Of a DNA stretch of 64,000 bases, positions 40,435-49,486 are shown piece by piece. Within the stretch, counting starts at the first letter, position 1, and each line of letters starts with the position of its first letter. A program made the translations under genes and the position numbers. The stretch is from Syntrophales bacterium. GTDB lineage: Bacteria > Desulfobacterota > Syntrophia > Syntrophales > UBA2210. A model generated the notes under the pieces. It saw only the letters and a list, made by a program, of their open reading frames with translations, had not been told where the DNA came from and did no database searches. The DNA is taken from assembly GCA_963666365.2 (NCBI GenBank), contig CAXXNF010000002.1, positions 1,408,001 through 1,472,000 on the forward strand, in the 5' to 3' direction.

Positions 40435-40890
40435 ATGGACACCATGGCTCAGAATTCCGAAAACCTCATGCATCTGATCGTCAGGAAAAGGGATTTTCTG
40501 GAAGAGTTCCTTGCCTACACGGAGCGCCTCGTAAGAAAAACAGAGATCCTCGATGTGGACGAGATTACCCACCTCATCGGCAAACGGCAACGGCTCATCT
40601 CGGCAATTGAACGCATCGACAAGCGTATCGCTATCCTGGGAGGCGCCTCGGTGTTCTCCTTCCTGCCGGATTCCCGGAAGGGGGAACTGGCAGCGCTCTT
40701 CGAATCCATGAAAACAACCGCCCTTAAGGCCACCGAACTGACGGAGGACTGCGAGGCGTCGATGAATCTTGCCCGCCGTTATTTCAGAAATGAACTGTCG
40801 CGCAGCGGCAGGAAAAAGGAGGATCTGTCGCCCTATGCAGGCGCTTCAAGGCGTGCTTCGTCGCCGCGATTCCTCGACGCAAAATTGTGA
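40435..40890 (+). CDS. FliT/FlgN-like helical flagellar chaperone
   Basis: Follows fliS; helical, with RQRLI..I..ID and a C-terminal Y...FLD.K. Confidence 0.55.
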   Translation: MDTMAQNSENLMHLIVRKRDFLEEFLAYTERLVRKTEILDVDEITHLIGKRQRLISAIERIDKRIAILGGASVFSFLPDSRKGELAALFESMKTTALKATELTEDCEASMNLARRYFRNELSRSGRKKEDLSPYAGASRRASSPRFLDAKL

Positions 40891-40976
40891 GTTGCCTCTG
40901 AGGATTTGATTATTCCACCCCCTTCGGCGGCAGGTCTTTTAGAACCGCGGCACATCAATTTCTTCACCGTCTCCTT

Positions 40977-42284
40977 TCAGACGCCGTCATCGGGTTCTTC
41001 TTTATCGAAAAGTTCCGGGTACAGCACCTTGCAGCAGTCCGGACAGAGGCTGTGGCTGAAATCTGCTTCCGAATGATCGCGCACATAGGCCTCAATTTGA
41101 TGCCAATAGCCGCTGTCATCCCGAATTTTTTTGCAGTGTGCGCAAATAGGAATCAATCCGCTGAGGGTTTTTACCTGTGTCAATGCATTCTGAAGATCCA
41201 CGACCAGAGCTTCTCGCTGTTCCTCCAGTTGTTTTTTGACAGTGACATCGCGGATGATGATAAGCGTTCCTGCTTCCTGTTCCCGCGCATCCATCAATCC
41301 GATGCTGCGCACATCGAGATATTGAACGGCATCCCCTCTCTCGAGCTTTTCCTGCCGCTCCTTTTCACCGTCACCGTCGTCACGTACGAGCATTTCCACC
41401 CACTGAGGGAATAGGGCGTCAAGATGCCGCCCTATCGGGGAGGATCTCTCCATTCGCATCAGTTTCAGGGCAGCGGGATTGACGTCCACGATGCATCCGG
41501 CGTCGTCCAGCACCAGCACACCGTCGTTCATTCGTTCGACAAGCATATCTCTTGCAACCGGCACCACCTGCAACAGGAGATACCGGTACAGCGCCCAGAT
41601 TATCAGGATACCCGTCACAGTAAAGATCAGTGGAGAAAGATCCAGGTTGGGAAAGGGCGACAGGTCTGTGAGATAGAGCAGATTGCCTACAAGAGGGGGC
41701 GCCATAGCGAAGACAACGATAAATGCCTGGCGGCGATAGAGTTTCCCCCTGAGCCGGAACATACGCAACAACAGCGCGGCCATAAGGACATACGCGCCAT
41801 AAATGTACACGATATGCACCCAGTACCAGATCCCTTTTTCCAGGGCCAAAACCGTTATCCCGCCACTCCTGTCCAGAGAAATTGCCCGGTAAAAAAGCCC
41901 ATGCGTTTCCGTCGTCCAGTTCAAGAGAAGGGTAATCAGAGGAATAATTAAGAGAACAACAATCATACGCCTCGTCAGCACGGCGGTATGACCGGCATAC
42001 TGCAAGGCGAAGCAGATGCCCCAAAACGGCAGGAAGGCAATGCCCAGGTATTCAAACCTCAACCAGAAGCGCATGGTCCCCAGCTCGGTTCCCGCCAGTT
42101 CCATGGCATAGCCGAATGACCATATGGCCAGGGACAACATGAACAGTGAAAAGGACTTCGCGCCTGCAGATCTGCGTCGCTGCCACACGTACCATGCGGC
42201 CACCGCGGAAATGAGCGCGGAGGTCAGTGCCATTATTATGTATACCGTTTGCTGCACCGATTTGCCTCTTTTCTTCTCCTTCAA
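40977..42284 (-). CDS. HisKA_7TM-type membrane sensor + PAS + C-terminal Cys/His domain (no kinase)
   Basis: 7 TM N-terminus (NWT...HGLFY, G.WYWVH); PAS; IPICAHCKKIRD...W..IE.Y...SHSLCPDC. Confidence 0.8.
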   Translation of the reverse strand: MKEKKRGKSVQQTVYIIMALTSALISAVAAWYVWQRRRSAGAKSFSLFMLSLAIWSFGYAMELAGTELGTMRFWLRFEYLGIAFLPFWGICFALQYAGHTAVLTRRMIVVLLIIPLITLLLNWTTETHGLFYRAISLDRSGGITVLALEKGIWYWVHIVYIYGAYVLMAALLLRMFRLRGKLYRRQAFIVVFAMAPPLVGNLLYLTDLSPFPNLDLSPLIFTVTGILIIWALYRYLLLQVVPVARDMLVERMNDGVLVLDDAGCIVDVNPAALKLMRMERSSPIGRHLDALFPQWVEMLVRDDGDGEKERQEKLERGDAVQYLDVRSIGLMDAREQEAGTLIIIRDVTVKKQLEEQREALVVDLQNALTQVKTLSGLIPICAHCKKIRDDSGYWHQIEAYVRDHSEADFSHSLCPDCCKVLYPELFDKEEPDDGV

Positions 42285-43621
42285 CCGCGCATGCGCGCCA
42301 CCACTATTTCAATCCTCTCGGAATGCAGCGCCCGATCAAGCAGGCGCCTCACCTCGGCGGCATTACGGGGGTCTTCAATCCTGCTGACAAAAGCACCCCA
42401 GCCGGACAGCACCTGTTCGAATATTCCCTCCGGAATCGGCTGACCTCCCGTCGCCATGGCGCACCCGTTTTCCACCACCAGCACCTTTAAAGGAACCCGC
42501 CGCGCCATGGCCTCGATCAGGCCCATATGGCCCGCAGCGAGAAAGGCGTAATCGCCCGTGACGGCCCAGGGTCGATCAATTCCCCCGAGATGCGCGCCGA
42601 TCGCCATGGGAAGGCTCCCCCCGTAATAGCTGCAGGCATCGACGCAGGCATAGGGAGCAAAGGCGAAGAGGCTGGAAAGTCCCGTGTCGCCGCAGACGAA
42701 GGGAATCTGCGGGCGCAGTTCCTGAAAGACATCGAAGAGCGGAACATACTGGGCAGCCGCCGACCGCCATGCGGGGGGCAGCCCCTCAGGAATGGGCGGC
42801 ATGACGGGTTTTGGGACATTTCGCCAGTCGCCTCGGGCACGCCGTGTTTCATACACCTTTTGCTGATACACGGCAAGCGGAGGGCAGAGGACATGACGCA
42901 TGGGATCCCGTTTGTAGTGAGCCCTAGGAGGCGCAAGGGGCCGTCGCATACAGACGGTATGCTTCGACATCAGTCTCGAATCAAGCAACAGGGCCACCGG
43001 GGTCCTGAGTTCCTCCGACCACAAAAAACTTTCGATGAGGGCTTGGTAAACAGTGCCGATTTCCGCTCTTTTAAAGGGAATGCCCGTCCCTTTCAGAAAC
43101 ATGCCGAGATCGAACACACTGTCGGAGTGGGCGCCCAGGGGATCATCTATCACCACGGCAACGAAACCGGCCGTCGTGCCGAGCGTCAGAGAATCGATCA
43201 CGCTGTTTGCCGCCTTTGCAAAGCCGTGGGATTTGATTATCGTCGCTGCACGCGTTCCCGCCAATGCGGCGCCGCAGGCCATGGTATAGGCCAGCTCCTC
43301 ATTGAACGCATAGGGAGGATTTTTTCCGGTGAGCCGGTGACAGGCATCGAAAAGTGCGGCAACTCCCGTGGCGGGAACGCTGGTTACTGTCCTTGCCCCG
43401 GCATCCTGAAGCCCCCAGGCGACGGCCTCGACAATGTCCACAGTCCGTACACCATCCCCTGCCTGTGTAAGCCCCGGGAATGCCTGCGGCAGGAAAAGAC
43501 CGGCAACGGCAAGACCGCTTACCTTGAGAAAGGTGCGGCGGGATTTGTCAAAATAGGTCAGTTCCGCCTCCGCCATGTAGTGTCTGTCATCGTCGCACCG
43601 ACTGTTCTCCATTGTGATCAC
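42281..43621 (-). CDS. Tat-signal TPP-dependent enzyme, IorA-like
   Basis: SRRTFLK plus hydrophobic stretch; NEE.A...A.GA..AG.RA; GDYAF...EN..AMATGGQP; start uncertain (43576 possible). Confidence 0.75.
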   Translation of the reverse strand: MITMENSRCDDDRHYMAEAELTYFDKSRRTFLKVSGLAVAGLFLPQAFPGLTQAGDGVRTVDIVEAVAWGLQDAGARTVTSVPATGVAALFDACHRLTGKNPPYAFNEELAYTMACGAALAGTRAATIIKSHGFAKAANSVIDSLTLGTTAGFVAVVIDDPLGAHSDSVFDLGMFLKGTGIPFKRAEIGTVYQALIESFLWSEELRTPVALLLDSRLMSKHTVCMRRPLAPPRAHYKRDPMRHVLCPPLAVYQQKVYETRRARGDWRNVPKPVMPPIPEGLPPAWRSAAAQYVPLFDVFQELRPQIPFVCGDTGLSSLFAFAPYACVDACSYYGGSLPMAIGAHLGGIDRPWAVTGDYAFLAAGHMGLIEAMARRVPLKVLVVENGCAMATGGQPIPEGIFEQVLSGWGAFVSRIEDPRNAAEVRRLLDRALHSERIEIVVARMRG

Positions 43622-43824
43622 ACATCCTTTTTAAACCTACGGTGAGTTGCTTTCCATTATACTGCCGACCTGCCGGCATAATGGCTGCTTTTTACGAATC
43701 ATCATACATTCATTGCTTGCATAGCGCAGCAATTATTGATAAAAACGCAAAGTTTTTTTCGAATGCATACACCTATCAGTCAGCTATTACAATAGAACAA
43801 TAAAAAAATAGGAGAAGGAAAATT

Positions 43825-45006
43825 ATGAGAGATGTAGTTATTGTCAGTGGCGCCAGAACGGCAATCGGTGATTTTCAGGGATCGCTTTCCGGTCTCAATG
43901 CCGTGCAGTTGGGCATTATTGCGCTGAGCGGTGCGATCGATAAAGCAGGTATCGACAAAAACCTTATTCAGGAAGTGATCTGCGGCCATGTCAACCAGGC
44001 CGGCGCTCCCGGAAACACCGCCCGTCACATTGCCATGGGAGCGGAACTTCCCATCGAATCTTTTGCCTTTACGGTACACCAGCAGTGCGCCTCATCGATG
44101 CGCGCCGCCGAAGTGCTCTCCCAGGAAATCATGCTGGGCAAAGTCGACATCGGCGCCGTGGTCGGCGTGGAAAGCATGAGCAACGCTCCCTATCTGCTTT
44201 TCGGCGCCCGCAAGGGATATCGTCTCAACGACAGCGAGCAGATTCAGGACAGCCTGATGATCGGCGGCCTGGTGGACGTACTTCTGGGCTATCACATGGG
44301 AATCACGGCGGACAACATTGCCGATCACTATGGCATTTCCCGCAAGGAACAGGATGAGTGGGCGCTCATGAGTCATCAGCGCGCCTGTGCCGCGATTGAA
44401 AAGGGATTGTTCAACGATGAAATCATTCCCGTCGAGATCAAGGTCAGAAAGGGGACGGCCATTTTTGACAGGGATGAACATCCCCGACCCGACACCAGTC
44501 TGGAAGTGTTGAGCAAGCTCAGACCGGCCTTCAAAAAGGACGGCACGGTCACGGCGGGCAATGCGTCGGGTCTCAACGACGCCGGTTCCAGCCTGATTTT
44601 GATGGCCGCCGACAAGGCAAAAGAACTGGGCATCACCCCCATCGCCCGAGTGGTCGCGTCGGCGCCCGGTTCGGTCGAACCCCGCATTATGGGCATGGGT
44701 GTCGTTCCGGCAACGAAAAATGCCTTGAAATTCGCCAATATGAAGCTGGAAGACATCGATTACTTCGAGTTCAATGAAGCCTTTGCCGCGCAGGTGATCG
44801 GCTGCAACCGCGAGTTCAACATCGATGTGGAGAAAATCAACGCCGTCGGTTCCGGCATCAGCATGGGACACCCCGTCGGAGCGACCGGCGCCCGTCTGAT
44901 CGTCACCATGATGAACGAACTGAAACGCCAGGGGAAGAAATTCGGATGCGCCTCCCTCTGTGCAAGCGGTGGACCGGCCCACGCGTTTATCATTGAGATG
45001 CTGTAA
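43825..45006 (+). CDS. Thiolase (acetyl-CoA acyltransferase)
   Basis: CASS, NEAFAAQ, GHPVGATG and C.SGG motifs. Confidence 0.95.
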   Translation: MRDVVIVSGARTAIGDFQGSLSGLNAVQLGIIALSGAIDKAGIDKNLIQEVICGHVNQAGAPGNTARHIAMGAELPIESFAFTVHQQCASSMRAAEVLSQEIMLGKVDIGAVVGVESMSNAPYLLFGARKGYRLNDSEQIQDSLMIGGLVDVLLGYHMGITADNIADHYGISRKEQDEWALMSHQRACAAIEKGLFNDEIIPVEIKVRKGTAIFDRDEHPRPDTSLEVLSKLRPAFKKDGTVTAGNASGLNDAGSSLILMAADKAKELGITPIARVVASAPGSVEPRIMGMGVVPATKNALKFANMKLEDIDYFEFNEAFAAQVIGCNREFNIDVEKINAVGSGISMGHPVGATGARLIVTMMNELKRQGKKFGCASLCASGGPAHAFIIEML

Positions 45007-45008
45007 TG

Positions 45009-45989
45009 TTACAACAGATCCGTGGCGGCATCGTCCTGCTCTGACATTTCAATCACCTTCCGGTAGGGCTTGCGGTTGACCCTCAATTGAAAAATATCCG
45101 GACGGGCGTAATGTCCTGCGATATCAAAGGCCGATTTCGCCGCCAGGATCTGTTCCGTGGAACCTTCGGCCATGAGAATTGTTTCCCCCTCGGCGGGACC
45201 GGCGATTACTTCGCCTCGTGGATCGATGATGTAACTGTCCCCCCGATAGCGGGCAGCCAGTTCCTTGTAGTCGTCAGGCACGGCATCGGGCGAATTCAAG
45301 CCGCCCACCAGGATAACATAGGCCGCCGCCTGCGAGGCAAAGGCGCGTGAAAGCAGGAGCTGGCGGGCCCACATGGGATTGGGGGGTGCCGGCGCCTTCG
45401 GCTCGGCGCCCGGCCAGGCCGCCACATGCACCTGTGTCCCCTGGGACATGAGGACATATCCGGGCAGCACCATATTGTGCTCCCAGCAGTTCAGACCGCT
45501 GATTCTTCCATAGGGCCGAGGGTATACCGTGAGGCCCGTTGCGTCACCCTCGCCCCAGATTGTCCGTTCCCGGTGTGTCGGCTTCAGTTTGCGGTGCCTG
45601 CCCAGAATCGTTCCATCACGACTTATGAACAGGAGCGTGCAGTAGACCGTACCCTGAGAATGTGCGTCGCGCTCCACCATGCCGATCACCACATCGATAC
45701 CTGCACGTTTCGCTGCACTGCATAATCGATCAGTGGTAGGACTCGGTATTTCCGCCGAATTCGTCAGGTAATCCGCTGCGGCTCTCCACTGCAATCGGTG
45801 ATCCTTACCTGATCCCCACACAAAAAAAGGATAGCCCGGAAGCCATGTTTCACCGAAAGCGGCGATGGTTGCCCCTTTCGTTCCCGCCTCCTCAATAAGA
45901 CTGCAGGCCTTCTCGGTGGAAGCCTCCAGATCGAAAAAAACCGGCGCCGCCTGGATTGCCGCCAGTCTGAACGTGTGATATCTACCCAT
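45009..45989 (-). CDS. Nitrilase (carbon-nitrogen hydrolase)
   Basis: E-K-C triad in ETWLPGYP, HRKLKPT and NCWEH; D..GHYARPDIF. Confidence 0.92.
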   Translation of the reverse strand: MGRYHTFRLAAIQAAPVFFDLEASTEKACSLIEEAGTKGATIAAFGETWLPGYPFFVWGSGKDHRLQWRAAADYLTNSAEIPSPTTDRLCSAAKRAGIDVVIGMVERDAHSQGTVYCTLLFISRDGTILGRHRKLKPTHRERTIWGEGDATGLTVYPRPYGRISGLNCWEHNMVLPGYVLMSQGTQVHVAAWPGAEPKAPAPPNPMWARQLLLSRAFASQAAAYVILVGGLNSPDAVPDDYKELAARYRGDSYIIDPRGEVIAGPAEGETILMAEGSTEQILAAKSAFDIAGHYARPDIFQLRVNRKPYRKVIEMSEQDDAATDLL

Positions 45990-46056
45990 GGCAGTCTCCT
46001 CGTAAAAAATCTATTTTCGCCGTATAATTGACAGCCCGTCCCTCTCTCCGCACCCT

Positions 46057-46818
46057 TCAGCGGACGGCAACGCCTCTGCCGCGCAGATAGTCCTTCAATT
46101 CGCTGATCCCGATGATCCCGAAATGGAACACCGACGCGGCCAGCAGAATCGATGCACCCGCTTCCACCGCTGCATAAAAGTGCTCCAGTTTCCCCGCGCC
46201 GCCGGAGGCCACCACTTCGGCCGACACCGCTTCTTTAATCGCCTTGATTACCGGCAGGTCATAGCCGGTCTGCACACCGTCGCCCGCTTTGCTGGTCGGA
46301 AGAATCACCGGAACCCCGTATCCGTCGACGCGCTTTGCCCATTCGATCGCATCTGCACCGGTAGCTGTTCGCCCCCCGTCAATATATACTTCATAGCCTG
46401 AAGGCAGAGAAACATTGCGATCTACGTCGATGGCCACCGTCACCTTCTCGGCGCCCAGCTCCTTGACCATTTCTTTGATCATTTCCGGGTTTCGAAAGGC
46501 GGCGCTGCTGATCGAGACCTTGTGGGCGCCCGCGCTCAGCACCCGTTCGGCAGATTTCACATCGGAGATGCCGCCCCCGACGGTAAAGGGCACCGTCGTG
46601 ACCCGGGCGACACGGGCCACGACGTCTATCATGGTGGCCCTTCCTTCCACCGTGGCGGTAATGTCCAGAAGCGCCAGCTCGTCCGCGCCGGCGTCGCAGT
46701 AAGCGCGCGCGCATGCAACCGGATCACCGGCGTCTTTAATATCCACGAAATGAACTCCCTTGACAACGCGTCCGTTCTGCATATCCAGGCACGGCATAAT
46801 TTTAACTTCCTGACCCAT
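46057..46818 (-). CDS. hisF: HisF-like cyclase paralog
   Basis: PCLD..GRVVKG, GDPV, PFTVGGGI, SGGAG and AASVFH motifs. Confidence 0.88.
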   Translation of the reverse strand: MGQEVKIMPCLDMQNGRVVKGVHFVDIKDAGDPVACARAYCDAGADELALLDITATVEGRATMIDVVARVARVTTVPFTVGGGISDVKSAERVLSAGAHKVSISSAAFRNPEMIKEMVKELGAEKVTVAIDVDRNVSLPSGYEVYIDGGRTATGADAIEWAKRVDGYGVPVILPTSKAGDGVQTGYDLPVIKAIKEAVSAEVVASGGAGKLEHFYAAVEAGASILLAASVFHFGIIGISELKDYLRGRGVAVR

Positions 46819-46821
46819 TCT

Positions 46822-47481
46822 TTACCTCCCTTTACAAAGTTTTTTTAAGACGTTTAGTATATATGCAGCTCCTACCGGCTGATTGTGACCTGACAGGATA
46901 AGGCGGGGCTTCAGGTCCAGATACGATTCCAATACACGCTTATACCGTAGCGGATCCGATTCAAGATCGGGCAGTATCTGATCATCATTATCACCGATGT
47001 TATCCCCCACAATAAGCATATTTTCATTTTCCACGAATATGCTTATACCATCTTCGGAATGACCTTCCGCATGAAATATGAAAATACCGTCCTCGGGAAA
47101 TATCAATTTCGAATCGATAAGCACGTTTGGCACTCTCTTCTTCACAGTTCCCCGCCGACATTCCCGATTCTCTTTCAGCATACCATCCCATTGTTGCGAA
47201 ATTTTCTCAATTATTCGTAAATGTGCCACAATGTCTGAACCAGGAAAGGACCCATTGCCCCAGATATGATCCCAGTGATAATGAGTGTTTATAACAATCG
47301 ACGGTTTTGTATCATCAATGTGCCTCATTATTGCCTCGGCGGACTCGGATCCAAATCCGGTATCGACAATGTAATTTCTCTTACGCGCACGCACCACGAA
47401 AGAATTTGTGGGACAATTCTCAATCACATATTGCCTGACCTGCGTAATACTTTTTGAGATATGATCAACGTGATATTCCAT
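46822..47481 (-). CDS. Metallo-beta-lactamase fold hydrolase
   Basis: VDTG, THYHWDH..GN, GHS, GD and GH motifs. Confidence 0.88.
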   Translation of the reverse strand: MEYHVDHISKSITQVRQYVIENCPTNSFVVRARKRNYIVDTGFGSESAEAIMRHIDDTKPSIVINTHYHWDHIWGNGSFPGSDIVAHLRIIEKISQQWDGMLKENRECRRGTVKKRVPNVLIDSKLIFPEDGIFIFHAEGHSEDGISIFVENENMLIVGDNIGDNDDQILPDLESDPLRYKRVLESYLDLKPRLILSGHNQPVGAAYILNVLKKLCKGR

Positions 47482-47516
47482 TAGTCCAAACTGCCATTTC
47501 TTTGATTACCTGTCTG

Positions 47517-48524
47517 CTACTGAGTATAACCCACAGTCAGATGGTAGTTCATGCGATCGTACACGAAAATGATCCGGTTGTTAAGCTCCAGGGTCGTGTA
47601 AATCTGTATAGGTGATCCGAGAATACGTCGTTTCATGGCCTGGGTCCAGATCGATTTCCGGCTGAGGGCCATGGCGTTGAGGATGCAGGGCAGGGGCGCC
47701 TCGAGGTTGCGAAACCGCTTCCCCGCATCAAGAAAATAGAGGTAATCGAAATCGCCCCCCTTCCCTCTCAGCAGGTTCTGCACCTCTCCTAGGGCCCTGT
47801 CGTGCACATCCGACATAAGGTTCAGGTGTGACAGGATATCCGGCACGATTTCCCTCACGTCCTCCATCCAGTGGCGCGAGATCTCATCCCGCTGCCGCTC
47901 GATGACCCGTGCCATCACATTGGAAAGAAATAATTTTTCTTCCTGCGGCGTCACCTCGGGCAGCTCATTCTCTTCCATGCCTGAAAAGAGCCGGCGATAG
48001 GAATCGGCGATGGCCCAGGCATCGCGATACAGGGCCAGATACCGTTCAACGGCCTTCGTATTGGATTCCCAGGCCAGCGGTGGAAGATCGTGAATGGGCA
48101 CAAACCGGGCTTCGACGGCGTCGTCCCCCGGCGCCACTTTCCCGCCTGTGCGTTTCACCTCATAGGTAATGATGGCCATACTGCCGTAAACATCATTTTC
48201 CACGGTATCGACATCGATAAGCCTGATGATCTCACCCTGCAGGCCCGCTTCCTCGCGAAGCTCCCGGAGTGCGGCATCCTGCACGTGCTCACCCGATTCG
48301 GCAAATCCGATGGGAAGGCACCACATGCCTCGGTAGGGATCGTTTCCCCTCTTTACAAGGAGAAGTTCCCGTTTGTGGTTGACGACAATGGCGCTTACGG
48401 CAGGCAGAGGATTTTCATAAAACACGGTGTCACAATGCACGCAATACTCTCTTGTTTTCCCCTCCATATGCCGTGGCGCGAGAATACCTCCGCAGTGCGC
48501 ACAGAACCGTCGCTTTTTTTTCAC
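47517..48524 (-). CDS. Zn-ribbon NUDIX hydrolase with an extra C-terminal helical domain
   Basis: FCAHCG...CVHC..YENP; Nudix box GFAESGE-x7-RELREEAGL; about 160 aa extension. Confidence 0.88.
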   Translation of the reverse strand: MKKKRRFCAHCGGILAPRHMEGKTREYCVHCDTVFYENPLPAVSAIVVNHKRELLLVKRGNDPYRGMWCLPIGFAESGEHVQDAALRELREEAGLQGEIIRLIDVDTVENDVYGSMAIITYEVKRTGGKVAPGDDAVEARFVPIHDLPPLAWESNTKAVERYLALYRDAWAIADSYRRLFSGMEENELPEVTPQEEKLFLSNVMARVIERQRDEISRHWMEDVREIVPDILSHLNLMSDVHDRALGEVQNLLRGKGGDFDYLYFLDAGKRFRNLEAPLPCILNAMALSRKSIWTQAMKRRILGSPIQIYTTLELNNRIIFVYDRMNYHLTVGYTQ

Positions 48525-48536
48525 GAATCACCTCTT

Positions 48537-49397
48537 TCACGGGTGCGGGTCATAACATCGAAACACACAATCATCCTTGGTAATCACTACGGCGCCCCCG
48601 GTACGGGCACGCTCGCGGACAGTGTGGTAAAACACCGACAGCACCTCTTCGCTTTTTCTCTGATCGGCTTCAAAAAGTTCCTTGAAAAGCAGGGTGCGCT
48701 TTTTCGAAAGATAGTCGATGCAATCCTCTATGTGTTCATGGGGAAAGGCAAGATCGTTTTCAAAGATGATCTTCTCTATCCCGCCGAAGTAGGGTCTCAA
48801 CTGCGCCTCCCCGTTCTCCAGGGAAAAGACCCGCAGAAGCCGGCCGATGGCAAGTTCTTTCGGGGCTTCCAGGCCCGAGGCCCTCATGGATTCTGAAATC
48901 AGCGCGGTCACTTCCTGAAGCGACGCCTCCGCATGGGTGATAGTGATAAACACGCCTCCGGGTCTGAGAATGCGTGCGATATGATCGATCAGATGGGGAA
49001 AAAAATAAAGTGAATAGCTGGCCGCTACCAGATCGAAGCGCTCCGGGGCCATCTCCCTGATGCAATCGGCGCTGCCGGCAAGAAATTCTCCCCTGTATCC
49101 CATCGACCGCACGACGGCAAGAAAGAGACGGCTGTTGGCCTTGTCGATTACGTCAACCCCGGTAATGGAGGCCTGTGCCTTCAGGCGACCGGCGAGTTTT
49201 TCCGTAAAAAAACCATAGGCACAGCCGAGATCCAGCACCGAATCCACTTCAGAGAGGTTCAGACCGTTAAGCGCGGTTTCACGAATGTCCTCCTGATTGA
49301 CCGAATACTGGAAAATCAGCTGCCGTGTTTTGATATGCTCCTGAACCGACTCGTAGGTCTTTTTAATATCGCTAAGGGAAAAGAATTTCTCGTTCAT
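48537..49397 (-). CDS. Class I SAM-dependent methyltransferase
   Basis: VLDLGCAYG, FDLV and LRPGG motifs. Confidence 0.85.
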   Translation of the reverse strand: MNEKFFSLSDIKKTYESVQEHIKTRQLIFQYSVNQEDIRETALNGLNLSEVDSVLDLGCAYGFFTEKLAGRLKAQASITGVDVIDKANSRLFLAVVRSMGYRGEFLAGSADCIREMAPERFDLVAASYSLYFFPHLIDHIARILRPGGVFITITHAEASLQEVTALISESMRASGLEAPKELAIGRLLRVFSLENGEAQLRPYFGGIEKIIFENDLAFPHEHIEDCIDYLSKKRTLLFKELFEADQRKSEEVLSVFYHTVRERARTGGAVVITKDDCVFRCYDPHP

Positions 49398-49486
49398 GAC
49401 CCCGCGCTCCCTTCTTTACAGAAAAGGCGATCTCATCGGCTTCTCAACGTCCCCTGCCCCATGACGGACGGCAACGGGTCTTCACT

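Noticed and set aside
43674..43689. Sigma54 promoter before the thiolase (CGGCAT-N5-CTGCT)
   Set aside because: It deviates in both boxes and overlaps the palindrome, so it is too weak to call.
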